A stretch of 63,470 bases of DNA, filler included, from Globobulimina sp. (lineage: Eukaryota): assembly GCA_003354225.1 (NCBI GenBank). It is 54 parts of 54 records of this genome, joined end to end, with 100 filler letters (N's around TTAATTAATTAA, not from the genome) between each part and the next. Parts side by side here need not be neighbours in the genome. Positions count along the whole stretch, not along the records: positions 1 to 1,078 come from PIVH01024110.1; positions 1,179 to 2,256 come from PIVH01024111.1; positions 2,357 to 3,434 come from PIVH01024112.1; positions 3,535 to 4,612 come from PIVH01024113.1; positions 4,713 to 5,790 come from PIVH01024114.1; positions 5,891 to 6,968 come from PIVH01024115.1; positions 7,069 to 8,146 come from PIVH01024116.1; positions 8,247 to 9,324 come from PIVH01024117.1; 46 more parts are not named here. One strand, given 5' to 3'. Under the pieces are notes generated by a model. The model ran no database searches, was not told the origin of the DNA, and saw nothing but the letters and a program-made list of their open reading frames with translations. Shown piece by piece: positions 1-12,289 of this stretch (its first letter is position 1; every line of letters starts with the position of its first letter). A program made the translations under genes and the position numbers.

Positions 1-1
1 T

Positions 2-836
2 GACAATGACATCAAGATCGATGACAGCAATTACATTGATGCCTACGTACATAATGCCGATGGCAATTTATTGACCGCAATTTTTGACAAAATTCTAGGT
101 ATTATTATTGATAAAGATGTTATTGTTTCTTCCTCAATGATATGTGTCAATATTGATCTGACTTTACCTAATTCCAATTGTTCCAAAATGCTATTTGAAA
201 TTAAAGAGAATATCAACTGAACCAATACCAAAAACATTATTTAATTATTTGTTAGCATTACAAGCAAAATTAAATGGTTTAAAATGTGAAATAGATGCAA
301 TTTATTTAAATATACAAAATAAAAGAAACACCGAGATATATACACAACATTTAACAGTACAAAGAGATGAAACATTGCGATCAAAGCGACACAAAGACAA
401 AAATGACAGACATAATCGTAAAAAAACGCCATTGAAGCAACAAAAAGATAAAAATAAACCATTGGGACCAAAGCAAAACAACAGTAAACAATTAGTTATA
501 AATTGGTTCAAAAAAAAAGAAAATATTAATAAAAATAATAATAATCAATATAATTCAGACGATGATGTAATACTAAATGACAAGGATGGGAACATTGGAT
601 TATTCCCAAAATCATCAATCTTAGGAAAAAGAGATCGGGATTCGTATAATAATGACATTGAGGACAATTCAAACCCGCCAAAGAAACGTAAAGTAGCCAT
701 GGGAGCCATGGAAAAATGTTTGTACTGCCCACGGGAAACAATGCACACATGCCAAAAATGTGAAAATTATGTTTGTAATGAGTGTGGTGGATGGCCAGAA
801 AAAGAAGAAGATGTTTTATGTAAATATCATCAATGA
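2..836 (+). pseudogene. Frameshifted ORF, basic/Asn-rich, with NLS-like PPKKRK and C-terminal Cys-rich zinc finger; possibly transposon-derived
   Basis: Open frame 2-220 (ends AAC TGA) overlaps ORF 195-836 in the +1 frame; CxxC..CxxC..CxxC..CxxH tail; followed by three AAAAACCACCTT repeats. Confidence 0.4.
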
Positions 837-907
837 TTAATTTATAACTTGTATTTATTAGGTTTTTTATAAGTTTTTTTTTTAGTATTTAAGGTGTCAA
901 CTTCTTG

Positions 908-1003
908 AAAAAACCACCTTCGATAAATGTTCTTGTCGAAAAATCTTAAAAAAAACCACCTTTGCCTTTTTTTTTCACAAAAAAAATAGGAAAAAACCAC
1001 CTT
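908..1003 (+). repeat. Three copies of AAAAACCACCTT, resembling transposon subterminal repeats
   Basis: Copies at about 909, 951 and 992. Confidence 0.6.
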
Positions 1004-1078
1004 TCAAAACATGGAAGCTGTAAACGGGATCAATTTAATGCCCCCTGAAAGAAATGTGCAATTATTATTATGTTCGTT

Positions 1079-1178
1079 NNNNNNNNNNNNNNNNNNNNNN
1101 NNNNNNNNNNNNNNNNNNNNNNTTAATTAATTAANNNNNNNNNNNNNNNNNNNNNNNNNNNNNNNNNNNNNNNNNNNN
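1079..1178. other. Artificial contig spacer (44 N + TTAATTAATTAA + 44 N), repeated every 1176-1178 bp through the window
   Basis: Identical spacer with stops in all six frames between all contigs; contig lengths decrease 1078>1077>1076. Confidence 0.99.
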
Positions 1179-1373
1179 CCCAGACCAGGGAACTAGGTCC
1201 CACACCTTTTCGTCTATAATACCATCAATAACTGGTGAATCTCCAGTAATGCGTTCCGTTGTATATACGCGATCCTGTGAAAACGATAGAGAAAAATTAA
1301 AAACAAATACAATCACCAAAATAAACGTAAGGTAATAGTTAGTCTTTGTAAAAATTAACATAATCCTCTTCAA
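1179..1373 (-). CDS. Bacteroidetes-type secreted protein N-terminus (CBM9-like/DUF5916-like), truncated
   Basis: Signal-peptide-like segment then SPVIDGIIDEKVW (PxIDGxLDExxW motif). Confidence 0.55.
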
Positions 1374-1502
1374 ACTTAAACATCATTAATTTAGGTGTTT
1401 TCGTCATTTATCATGCCAAAAACATCATTACAACTGAAATTCAACATATTAATAATTTGCTCATTATTTACTTCATTTACAACTGTTCGTTCATAGGCAG
1501 TT

Positions 1503-1520
1503 ATGTTCGTAAACGAACAT
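1503..1520. promoter_or_regulatory. Palindrome ATGTTCGT-aa-ACGAACAT between divergent bacterial genes; possible regulator site
   Basis: Perfect 8-bp inverted repeat, with an extra TGTTCGT copy at about 1484. Confidence 0.35.
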
Positions 1521-1589
1521 GTATTATCAATTAATTGAAGCAATTTAGAGATCGTAATTAATTTAACTTTGTTTAAAATATCGAAAAGT

Positions 1590-2249
1590 ATGGATACAAA
1601 TCAAACAAAAATTATAGAAAGAACGTGTAGCTTTGTAAAAAAGGAGTTAGCATCTGCAGAAGGAGGCCATGATTGGTGGCATGTTTATCGAGTATGGAAA
1701 ATGGCATCAAATATTGCACTGGAAGAAGATGCAGATGGATTTATTATTCAGATAGCAGCATTATTGCACGATATAGCAGATTCAAAATTTCATGGAGGGA
1801 ATGAAAATATAGGGTCTGAGATAGCTAATAAATTTCTAAGGAATTTGAAATTAAACGATGACAAAGTTGATCATATTGACGCAATTATTCGCAATATCTC
1901 CTTTAAGAACACATTTGAGCATAGTAATTTCAGCTCAATTGAGCTGGATATTGTAAGAGATGCCGATCGTTTGGATGCCATGGGAGCAATTGGAATTGCA
2001 CGTGCATTTAACTATGGCGGACACAAAGGTTTAGAGATATATAACCCTGAAGTTAAGCCTAAATTGAATATGACTAAAGAAGAATATAAAAATAGCAACG
2101 CTCCTACAATTAATCACATTGATGAGAAACTGCTTCAGTTAAAAAATATGATGAAAACAAAAACTGGAAAGAAGCTTGCTAAAGGCCGCCACAAATTTAT
2201 GGAATTATATTTGGAGCAATTTTATGCGGAATGGAATAGTGTTCAGTAA
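1590..2249 (+). CDS. Bacterial HD-domain phosphohydrolase (YedJ-like), Bacteroidetes-type
   Basis: GHDWWHVYRV, ALLHDIADSKFH, DADRLDAMGAIGIARAFNYGG motifs; no introns. Confidence 0.93.
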   Translation: MDTNQTKIIERTCSFVKKELASAEGGHDWWHVYRVWKMASNIALEEDADGFIIQIAALLHDIADSKFHGGNENIGSEIANKFLRNLKLNDDKVDHIDAIIRNISFKNTFEHSNFSSIELDIVRDADRLDAMGAIGIARAFNYGGHKGLEIYNPEVKPKLNMTKEEYKNSNAPTINHIDEKLLQLKNMMKTKTGKKLAKGRHKFMELYLEQFYAEWNSVQ

Positions 2250-2473
2250 CATTCAANNNNNNNNNNNNNNNNNNNNNNNNNNNNNNNNNNNNNNNNNNNN
2301 TTAATTAATTAANNNNNNNNNNNNNNNNNNNNNNNNNNNNNNNNNNNNNNNNNNNNTTAATTAACTTGTGATTTGCGATGACCGTTGATTATGAATTGCA
2401 GCTGCAATTCTATCACACCCAAAGCCAAATAATGATTTCCAGGGGTTTCTGAGCGTTACCGCTCCCATAGGTT

Positions 2474-2926
2474 TTGGAACGATGTAACGGAAAAATTATA
2501 ATCGGAGCGAGAAACGATTTCGGCGTGCTACAATTTTGGCGGTCAATTGGTTTTATTGAATGTCTACAAGGCGCAATATCAACATTTGGGAGAATTAATG
2601 AGGTTATGATGCAAACTGTTGCTCCTTACTCTGGCATTTATGAGTATGCACTGAATAAGTTTGCGCCAAATAGTATTGTTAAAAAAGTTTTATTTATTGA
2701 TAAGAGAACCAATCAAAAAGAAAATACGATCAAACAAGTACGCTTTTCGTTAATTGCAAGATATTATGACAATACGGTTAATGATGAAAATAAAGAACAA
2801 GTAAATGCACAAAATAATATAAAAAGAAATAAACGCAAATTATCGTTATCGAATGACAATGATCTGAACCAACCTTCATTAAAACGTGTAAAAAGATACC
2901 ATACAAGATATTCAATGAATAATTAA
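2474..2926 (+). CDS. Hypothetical protein fragment with basic C-terminus
   Basis: 150-aa open frame, no recognised motif. Confidence 0.3.
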   Translation: MERCNGKIIIGARNDFGVLQFWRSIGFIECLQGAISTFGRINEVMMQTVAPYSGIYEYALNKFAPNSIVKKVLFIDKRTNQKENTIKQVRFSLIARYYDNTVNDENKEQVNAQNNIKRNKRKLSLSNDNDLNQPSLKRVKRYHTRYSMNN

Positions 2927-3547
2927 GCAGTCGTCAATGAGAAAAAACCTAAAAAAAGGGTGCACCAAAAAAAGCAGTGTTTGCTACAGTTCTACTCCGA
3001 ATTCATAAATATGAAGTAAAATCAAAGCAGTGTTTGCTACAGTTTCGGAGAATAAAATCAAAGCGATATGAGTCATATGACATTATAAATTATGAAATTA
3101 AACTCAAACATTCCTTGCCAGCATTTTTCAATGCATTAATCCAAATATCAACTGTTTTCTTGCAACTGTTTTGAGAATCACTATTCCTTTGTAACTGCAT
3201 TTGTTTATCTCTCACCATATTTTCAATTTCATCAAATTTAATCATACCAACAAACGAAAACATGCCTAGCTTTTCACATTTTATATCAATTAAATTCTCA
3301 TTTTTATTTGTTTCCGCTCCGTAATTCTCTTTCAATATTTCGATTATTTTTTTCGTGATTTGACACATTCTTAATGTATGAATAAATGTTTTATGCACTT
3401 TATCTATTTTGTTTTTTATAAAAAATTTATTTATNNNNNNNNNNNNNNNNNNNNNNNNNNNNNNNNNNNNNNNNNNNNTTAATTAATTAANNNNNNNNNN
3501 NNNNNNNNNNNNNNNNNNNNNNNNNNNNNNNNNNAATCCATTGATCT

Positions 3548-4066
3548 TCAAGCAATTAAAAACAAAATCAAATTACATTGAAAGCAAAAAGAAAAAAATA
3601 TAACTTTTGGAAGCAAATTAAACAATTTATTCCAGTCCAATTCAGTGCCATTTTGGCATGCTAGTGATGTGAGTTTGAATTGATTTTTGTTTAAATCATC
3701 ATAATATATTAATAAATATTTTAACATAAAATAATCCTCAACTGGCAAATTATCAAAGATTTCATGTGTAAATGATAATTTGCTCTGTTTTTCAATCAAA
3801 TATTTGGGCAATACAGCATCGTGCAAATAATTTAAAATATCCCAAAAGGATGCAATGTTGATGATTGATAAGGATGATGATGGATTATTGGTTAATGTAG
3901 AAATTGTAGTTTTGGGGTTAAATAAATCTTTATAATATTTTGATAATCTTTTCATTCTTAGTCGTTCAAATGGTAACAAAAATTGTCCAATGCTTATTGC
4001 AATAACACAAAGAGGCAATGAATGAAATGTAAAGTTTGACGACTGGACAGCTGCTGCCATGATCAA
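3548..4066 (-). CDS. Hypothetical eukaryotic protein with F-box-like N-terminus, first exon
   Basis: FHSLPLCVIAISIGQFL resembles F-box LP..I..FL; the ORF end runs into intron-like GTTA sequence. Confidence 0.4.
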   Translation of the reverse strand: MIMAAAVQSSNFTFHSLPLCVIAISIGQFLLPFERLRMKRLSKYYKDLFNPKTTISTLTNNPSSSLSIINIASFWDILNYLHDAVLPKYLIEKQSKLSFTHEIFDNLPVEDYFMLKYLLIYYDDLNKNQFKLTSLACQNGTELDWNKLFNLLPKVIFFSFCFQCNLILFLIA

Positions 4067-4164
4067 GCAGCTAGTGTAAAATCAAAATGTGTTAGGTTTT
4101 TTATTTTTTCTTAGCTGACAATATACAAAAAAGTTAACAAACAGTATACAAAATACTAAAAATA

Positions 4165-4612
4165 TTAATCAAGTTTCCCCGTTTCCAGCCATTTTATTCC
4201 ATCATCATCCAAATATCTCCTCGCTACATATCTATATCTCTCATTATCTTTCTCTGTTAAAATAGTGTTCCATCTGCCAGCTTGTCCTTTATTCAAAAAT
4301 TTCGAAAAATCATTAAATAAAAAAGCCAGTTTTTCATGTACAGGAGCTATCTTTCTTTGCTTCATTGATTCAAACGAACATAAATGAACAACGTTTGCAA
4401 AATTATTTTCATCAATGTCAATCTCACAAAACTCAGCAACGCTTCTCATTGTTCCTAATATATATATATTGATTATAAAAATAACAAATAAAAATTCATA
4501 CAAACGTAACCCTCTAAATCATCTTTCATATTTTGAAAATGAATCATTTTAACATTTGACAACCTTCTGATCTGCCACCAGCTCCCAGTAACCCAAAACT
4601 GGCTCCACCACG
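4165..4612 (-). CDS. Sulfotransferase family protein, C-terminal part, intron 4455-4510
   Basis: Spliced: GSWWQIRRLSNVKMIHFQNMKDDLEG/TMRSVAEF...CSFESMK...FLNKGQAGRW. Confidence 0.85.
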
Positions 4613-6014
4613 NNNNNNNNNNNNNNNNNNNNNNNNNNNNNNNNNNNNNNNNNNNNTTAATTAATTAANNNNNNNNNNNNNNNNNNNNNNNNNNNNNNNN
4701 NNNNNNNNNNNNTTCCCAAAAAGCACAAACTGCGCCATGGTCGCGATCAAAACAATCCAATGTACCATCACCAAATTACATGGATTTATCGCCTGCTCCA
4801 TCATCAAATGGTAGTTTTTATGATCCACCTGGCTTATTTGTTGATTGGAGTGGAGTAACCCCAGCTACACAATCGGAAATTGATGTGATTAATGAAATTA
4901 ATCGGGAATTTGATGAAAAAGAAAGAGAATTTTTAAGAGAAAGAGAAAGATCACAGGGACCTCCACCTCCCCCTTGGCGACGATTCTAATTAAACTTTAT
5001 AAAGATATGCAATAAAATTATCTTTAATTGATATAATAAATAAATTTATGTAACTTTTTTGTGATTTTGCGCAATTAATTTATTCTTTTGTGCGCCATTG
5101 ATTCTTCTACTCCCTATTGATATGTGCGGATATGTTCGGATTTGCGCGCGATTTGATGGCATGCCAGTGTGTGTTGTATTGGATGGCAGGGATGAACGGA
5201 GGCAGTGTGTGTTGTGCAATGGCAATATCGCATCATGCATGGATGACAGTGTGTGTTGTTGTATTGAATGGCTGTGTGTGTGATGCAATGATGGCAGATT
5301 GTATGCGAATATGCGTGTGTTGTGTTGATGATGATAGTGGTAAATGGATGCAGTGGTTGCTGCTATGCGAATAAGCATGGTATTGTTTTGATGCATGGCT
5401 GGAGCAATGGCTGCGTGATGGATACTTCTTCTGTGTTATCCATCTATTTATAAATTCATTCATTCATTCAAACAATTATTTTATTTCAAAAAACATAAAA
5501 CACTTAATTTCAATGCGATGTACAGTGGATAGCAGTGCTGGACGCGATAGTTGGCAGTGTGCCATGACGAAGCCATGACGAAAATATATGTGCCCAGTGA
5601 TGCACAGTGAGTCTGAATTCACCGAATCATTCGGAGCATTCGAAAAACTTCTTAATTCGGCGAGCTCAAATTCACCGAGGTTAATTCGGCGATTCAGCTG
5701 TTCAAAACTAACACACAGTCCACACTCTCAAGTCTCAATATGTCAGAGTCTCCTACCCCCAGTACTAAAAGATACACCAAAAAGATGCATNNNNNNNNNN
5801 NNNNNNNNNNNNNNNNNNNNNNNNNNNNNNNNNNTTAATTAATTAANNNNNNNNNNNNNNNNNNNNNNNNNNNNNNNNNNNNNNNNNNNNACAAATCAAA
5901 TGTTTCTGAAAGATTTATCCTTTTTGTTGTTGTATTTTCTTTTTAATCTCTCTCAAATTGCTTGCTTTTGTATTCTCTTTTTCTTTTTGATTAATTTTAA
6001 TTTGATATCCTGTT

Positions 6015-6968
6015 ATGATGACTGACGCTGTTGAACAAGGTATGCAATCTCGGTTAAATCCGGAGATTATTGACAGCCACCATTTTATTAGTCAGATTGC
6101 GACGAATTATTTTGATAAATCTCTATCTTTGATGTCCCTGAATGTGAATGGCTTATTTTCGCAACGAGGTAATGGTGAATTCAATATTTCGAAATTGGAT
6201 TTATTAAATGATATCGTTACCGAATTGGAACCGACTTTTATTGAGCTGCAGGAGGTTTGCATCCATTATAAATCGCATCTACATCCCCCTGATATTGATG
6301 GCTATTTTAATACGATTAATGATGTACCGATGTATGATCCCACCCTAAAAAATGTTATCTATGTAAAGAATTGTTTGCAGGAATATGTTGATGTTGTACA
6401 GATTGATGAAAAGAGTCAGAAACATATAGTCCGTGATCTTGTTCGTTGGGATGAGTTATATAAAGAAAATGGCCACTATTCGACATGGATTATAATACAT
6501 CCTGGCCCTGATACAATATATCACGAATCAATTTTGTTGGGTGCATACTACCGCTCTGCAAATCCTTAAATATTTCATGGATTATATTGTGCAACATTTT
6601 AGACAGAAGAGATGGTACAATGCTGCTTTGCAACAGACACGTAATGCTATAAAGTTATTTATTATTGGTGGTGATTTCAATTTTCATAATGAAGCTTATT
6701 CACGTTTGGACTTCTCGCGGTACGGCAAAAAGGACCGTTTGGAATTTGCGTGGCTGGAAAAGATCATTGATGTGAAGCATGTTTCTGTGATTAATAATAA
6801 ACGCATTCCGACTCATCGTCAGGGAAATATCTTGGATTTGCATTTATTTTCAGATAAATTGTTACAAAATCATGATAGCTATGTAATAAATTGTATAAGT
6901 CCGCAAAATACACAGCGGAGACTCTCTGACCATTTTATGCTGTTTACTATTGTGTATTTGCCGCAGCA
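6015..6968 (+). mobile_element. APE-type endonuclease (EEP) domain of a non-LTR retrotransposon, frameshifted near 6567
   Basis: SLNVNGL, LQEV, GAYYRS, IIGGDFN, LDL, SDH motifs over two frames. Confidence 0.85.
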
Positions 6969-7771
6969 NNNNNNNNNNNNNNNNNNNNNNNNNNNNNNNN
7001 NNNNNNNNNNNNTTAATTAATTAANNNNNNNNNNNNNNNNNNNNNNNNNNNNNNNNNNNNNNNNNNNNATTGGAGATGATGCTCAGAGTCAAGCAATTGG
7101 AGATGATGATGATGATGTCCCACCGGAGGAAGACAACAATGACGAACCTGTTATTACTATTGTGAAAAGTGACGGCTCTGTTGTTCCTTACCGTAAACCA
7201 GACCAAGCTGCATGTATCGTACAAGAAAAGAAAAAGGTCAGTACTGTACTTGTGTGCTATGTATGAGAAATATAGTATTTGTCTTGTTTAAGTACCCGAT
7301 CAAGGTTACAAATCAAATTTTTGACGATGGACCGGACGGTCTACAGGTATTATAAGTTGTATATAATCACTTTAACCACTACTCATCTCATCTTTGCTAT
7401 AGGGTGTTGTATATGCAATGAGCGATTCTGGTTTATGTATTTCTACCACTCGTAAATACAAAACGAGCAAGTTTTTGATAAGCAAATTTCAACCGCATCC
7501 CAAAGTGGAAAACCGATGTCAACCCATGTATCCCGGAAAGGGAGAATTGTGGAAGTCTGGTATTTGTGCATAGTTTTGAGCTCGTAATTTGAATAATTTC
7601 ATCTTTCCTTAGGATTCGTCGCAATAACTGTGGAAGATATCAAAACGATTCTGAAACTTGGTCCTACTTTGTTGAAAGATGCAGAAATGTTGCAAGAATT
7701 AGATGATGCAAACTACTATGCAAATTTCTCTGGTTCATCCAAAAAATATTAAAAAGTACGTGAATTGAGCT

Positions 7772-8040
7772 TACTTGTGGAGGATTTGAAGCCTGAGGGA
7801 AGATAGTCGTTGTTTGTGCTTGAATTGTTGTGACAGTGGTTTTCATATGGTTTCTGGTACTTGTACTGGTCATACTGGCTGTGCTGGTCAATGTGGGCTT
7901 TGGGTTGAGTGTAGTAGTTTCACTTGAAATTGTTGTACTCCAATTAAATTGTTTTGTTGTTGTCTCCAGGGCTTTGGTTTCTGTAGTTAAACTCGGGTTA
8001 CTGTAGTATAAAGTAGTTGTGCTTGGGCTGGTTCTGAAAT
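7772..8040 (-). CDS. Thr/Ser-rich mucin-like exon
   Basis: T/S-rich open frame ending at a GTAAG donor near 7771-7775. Confidence 0.3.
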
Positions 8041-8247
8041 GAGCGATTGAAAGTAGGTATAAGACAATAACATTGTCAATGAAGACGTCAAGCTAAGCAA
8101 CAAGCTGGGTTGAGGATGGGAGAGAGACAGTGTAAACAGCGGAAAANNNNNNNNNNNNNNNNNNNNNNNNNNNNNNNNNNNNNNNNNNNNTTAATTAATT
8201 AANNNNNNNNNNNNNNNNNNNNNNNNNNNNNNNNNNNNNNNNNNNNA

Positions 8248-9324
8248 TTATCAGTTTTAGCTTGGGCGACGTGGCATTTTTGTTTTTCTACAATTGAAGA
8301 TCATAAAGAATGTGGAGGAGGAAATTTAGGTGCAATTGTTCAAGGAATCAAATACAATAAAAACGCATTAGAACGGATTTTTGCGTTTGCTTTATTTGCA
8401 TATGAACTGATTGATTGTATTTTGGATTTTATTACGATGATTGGGATATTTGTCACTGCATCAAAACCTGATAATGATTATTCCAGTTTATACTATAAAT
8501 GTGGTGCGGCTTCGTTATTTGCTGTGATTGCTGGCGGTTTATTATTTTATGGAAAATTTAAGCTTTATAAGATGTATTATAACGCAATCAATGTATGGAG
8601 GGACAAAAAAGGCGAAATAGAGTTGGAAATGGAGAAAAGAAAAAAACATAAAGACACATCAAAGTATAAGAGTTTATGGAGGGATTATTATAACAAATAT
8701 CAACACAGAATCGGGCAGTATTTAGGTCATTTAATCAGTTACGATTTGTTTGGCGTTGCTTTGGAAGATTGCGTTCAATTAACAGTGACTTGGTATATTT
8801 CATCTGATGCATTTTTAACGTATCAATCAGGATTTACTACGTATTGGTTGTGGATCAAATTTACGCTCTCTGTGCTGTCCATTTCATTCAAATTATTCCG
8901 CGCATTTATGCTAAAAATGAGGTGCCATCATGACAATATTGACTTTAATTTAAAACCAGAAGGCGATGAGTTTATCAATTATGAGGATTTATCTTTTTTT
9001 CAACAGCTTACTAAATCTGAATTGTCGACGAGAGCATTATATTCGACGGCTCTTAATATGGTACAACGACAACAGAATCATGACTCTGAACATAAATATG
9101 AAAAAATAACTGATCACAAATCTAAGCAATTAAGAATTTCTAATGATGTGAAAGAAGAAGAAGAAGAAATGGAATTAGTTAATTTAACTGCAGTTAATAA
9201 TGTTTCTGACAAACAACATGTACAACCATCTGATTCTACGGACGATGAAAAGAAAGAAATTGTATTATCAGCATCAAATGATATGGATGCGACAGAAAAT
9301 GAAAGTTTAAGTGAAGAAGAAAAT
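8248..9324 (+). CDS. Multi-pass membrane protein fragment (XK-like ED.xQL motif), acidic tail
   Basis: Frame open across the contig; hydrophobic segments and ALEDCVQL. Confidence 0.6.
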
Positions 9325-9424
9325 NNNNNNNNNNNNNNNNNNNNNNNNNNNNNNNNNNNNNNNNNNNNTTAATTAATTAANNNNNNNNNNNNNNNNNNNN
9401 NNNNNNNNNNNNNNNNNNNNNNNN

Positions 9425-10051
9425 AGTATCGTCAATTACACAAAATAATGAGTCTACTAACTGTCTGATATGCGAATTTCCCATAAATAAAGCATTTGTT
9501 TTTACCATATATGGCGATTTGAATAATTTTAAGTTTGAAACAAATGTTTCATGTAAATTTGTATAAAAACCATATTCTTGAATTTTATGTAAAAATTGTT
9601 GCCCCTCAAATGATAGCATCGTCTCATTTATTTTAAAGGTGAAATTTGACAAATTCAATGGATTGAAGCCGCACAAATAACTGAATTTTATGTGTTTGCA
9701 ACTTTTGCTAAATGAAAATGGTAAGTCATAAAAGTGTGGTGAATAACCTGTTGAATACAATTCGTTCCATTCACTGGAATTGGAATTGCTATCATTTGTC
9801 AATTTGATGCTTAGTTCAATTTCACGAATATAATGCAATAAAATAGATTTGTTGAACTGCTGTAAAAAATATGTTAAATTTGTTTTTTTCAATGATATTT
9901 CTGTCGCAGTCGCACTATGATGGTTGTAGTTGAATCTTATCATATTTAATTGCAATTCAATCTTATCATATTTATAAAATAAACATCCTAATCCCACACA
10001 CAATATAAACCCACAAATTATTATTTTGATTGGTTTGCTTTGTGATAACAT
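9425..10051 (-). CDS. Type II membrane protein with GDS-like esterase/acyltransferase motif, N-terminal part
   Basis: N-terminal TM helix; LFMGNSHIRQL resembles F.GDSH.RQ. Confidence 0.55.
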
Positions 10052-10138
10052 CGATTAAGTGGTACTAGCTTTAAAATAACGTGGGGAAAATATAAACACA
10101 ATTTTCAACATACTAACCACTCAAAGTCGAACTAAATC

Positions 10139-10381
10139 ATGTTGCCGTCGCAAATATATTTTATTTTCTTTTTTAAAATCCTCAGTACGTATATATGCAA
10201 TGCGGGAGAAATAAACTGCCTTAATTATCGAGATCCAAATTGTTTCGGCAGGACTGTAAATTGCGCACAAGATGGACAAGATTGTGTCGTAACATGTGGC
10301 AGTTCAGGTGGTTCAAATGAAGCCTGTAAGGGCGCCACAATAAATTGTGCGCCTGGCGTTGGATGCTATGTATGTCAATAA
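10139..10381 (+). CDS. Secreted Cys-rich protein, first exon
   Basis: Signal peptide, Cys repeats (ACKGATINC), GTATGT donor near the end. Confidence 0.55.
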   Translation: MLPSQIYFIFFFKILSTYICNAGEINCLNYRDPNCFGRTVNCAQDGQDCVVTCGSSGGSNEACKGATINCAPGVGCYVCQ

Positions 10382-10604
10382 AAACATATATTTAATTTTT
10401 GCCATCCTCGCACTCAGCAAACCACTTCTTTTCGACGAGAAGCGTTCTAACTTTTTTATTTAACGTGTTTTTTTTTGAAAAAAGGTGCATTGTTCAACGT
10501 ACNNNNNNNNNNNNNNNNNNNNNNNNNNNNNNNNNNNNNNNNNNNNTTAATTAATTAANNNNNNNNNNNNNNNNNNNNNNNNNNNNNNNNNNNNNNNNNN
10601 NNAT

Positions 10605-11138
10605 GTGGAAAATAATAATAATAAAAAGAGCAAGAATCTGTTAGCTGCGCCGATAAGCATTGATGTGCCATCTCTGGATAACAGCAAAAGATATTCGCGC
10701 CACAAAGGCCATTCGTCAGTGAATCATATACCGACTGTGAGCACTATCATTCTTTCACCCACTCCGACGGCGCCTGTACATGTTGGTGGCAATAATAATA
10801 ATAATGATCATTATATAAATATGGATAATGTTGCAGACAAAGCGGAGAAAAAGAGTCTGATTGGCGGATTAAAGAAATTCGTGGATAAGAAATTGAAAAA
10901 AAATCAAAATAATGGAGTGGGGATAATTGATTTGGATGAGGAGGAGGAGGAAGATGATGATGACTCTGATTCGGAATTAGTAAATCTAGAAAATGAATAT
11001 CGAGCATATGGCAATAATGCAATGGGCGATAATAATAATAATAATGGATCGAGAGTGAAATATGGAAATAATGACAATAATTACAGCACAATGATATTAG
11101 GGACTGGTGCTGATGACTCTGATGATATGTTGTTATGA
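10605..11138 (+). CDS. Low-complexity Asn/acidic C-terminal fragment
   Basis: 177-aa open frame with poly-N and poly-E/D. Confidence 0.45.
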   Translation: MENNNNKKSKNLLAAPISIDVPSLDNSKRYSRHKGHSSVNHIPTVSTIILSPTPTAPVHVGGNNNNNDHYINMDNVADKAEKKSLIGGLKKFVDKKLKKNQNNGVGIIDLDEEEEEDDDDSDSELVNLENEYRAYGNNAMGDNNNNNGSRVKYGNNDNNYSTMILGTGADDSDDMLL

Positions 11139-11780
11139 CTTTTGTATTGTTTTTGTTTTGTGATTGGTTGATGAAGTGAACGTGTTTTGTGATTGTTATC
11201 TTATTTTCACATTCAATCTCCAGGTTATCTTCTTCCTGGCACTCTTCGTTTTCGTCTGCAACTGGTTGGCTGTTAGTGCCTGGGACATGCGCTCCAGTGT
11301 GGTTGGTTATGTTTTCTCTGTTCTCAGGCCTGATGAAAAAGAGATCTGCACCATGCGGATTTGTTGCTGCTGTTTTGTTTTTTTTTGCAATGTCAGCATA
11401 TGTATATGTCCTATTGTCTGCTATTGTACCTGCTTGGTTGGCTACCGGATTTGGTTTTGGCTTAGCATGTGATTGATATTTGTAGTTTGGATGTTGGAAA
11501 CAAGTGTTGCCTTGTGCTGTCTCTGTTACTATGTGTGGTTCTATTGTTTGTTTCTCTTCATCATTCTGTCTCGATGGTGTTTGGCTATGTAGGTTTATTT
11601 GGTGAGCGTTATTTTTGCCGAATGGTGGCTTTATTTGGTTCCTATTGTTGCTGTTTGATAAAATTGTTGTTAATAAATAANNNNNNNNNNNNNNNNNNNN
11701 NNNNNNNNNNNNNNNNNNNNNNNNTTAATTAATTAANNNNNNNNNNNNNNNNNNNNNNNNNNNNNNNNNNNNNNNNNNNN

Positions 11781-12289
11781 ATCGCTTGCCATATACCACC
11801 ACTCGATGCTGTTTATCGCGCAAAGTATCCGCCATTGCGCCGGCTGCGCGCACTGTGTTTGACGAGACGCTGCCACACATTCCACGTTCTGTCCCTATTG
11901 GGATATGCAAGATGTTCTGGATAGACTCTTCGTTTTCAGCCTCCAACTGAAACAACGGCATAGTCACCGCCCCAAAGGGCCGCGCGTTGCTTAAATGGCG
12001 TTCACAGCCCGGCAAGGCGCCGGCGGCCACATTCTTCATCGACCCGCATAGTTTGCCGACCTGTTTGGTGTTGCGGGAGTTATGGTCATTGCTATTGCGA
12101 ATTTGCGTGGTGTTGCATGCATATACTTACCTTGGCGGTGGCCACCCATTTTTGTTTAATGATTGGCATGTCTGACGGGGTGAAGCCGCCGGCGGCTGTT
12201 CTAGATTGGACGGTGGTGCTGTTTACAGTCGATAATTTTGATAAATGAGAGCTGGATTTGAAGAAGGATGAACGCGCTAACATTGCCAT
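11781..12289 (-). CDS. ATP3: Mitochondrial ATP synthase gamma subunit, N-terminal part, intron 12061-12130
   Basis: Transit-peptide-like start; spliced ATAK/VGKLCGSMKNVAAG...ARPFG; IPIGTERGMCG matches SDRGLCG; VVYGKR. Confidence 0.8.

Noticed and set aside
1079-1178. Regularly spaced TTAATTAATTAA as a biological repeat; ORFs ending in X...LIN
   Set aside because: Artificial six-frame-stop linker inside N padding; ORFs running into it are truncated by the contig end.
2971-3044. 21-bp repeat AAAGCAGTGTTTGCTACAGTT twice with a 32-bp spacer, CRISPR-like
   Set aside because: Only two copies, part of a longer local duplication, no cas genes, eukaryote-like context.
5046-5463. Overlapping Cys/His-rich ORFs on both strands
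   Set aside because: Produced by TG/CA-rich low-complexity sequence; no frame stands out.
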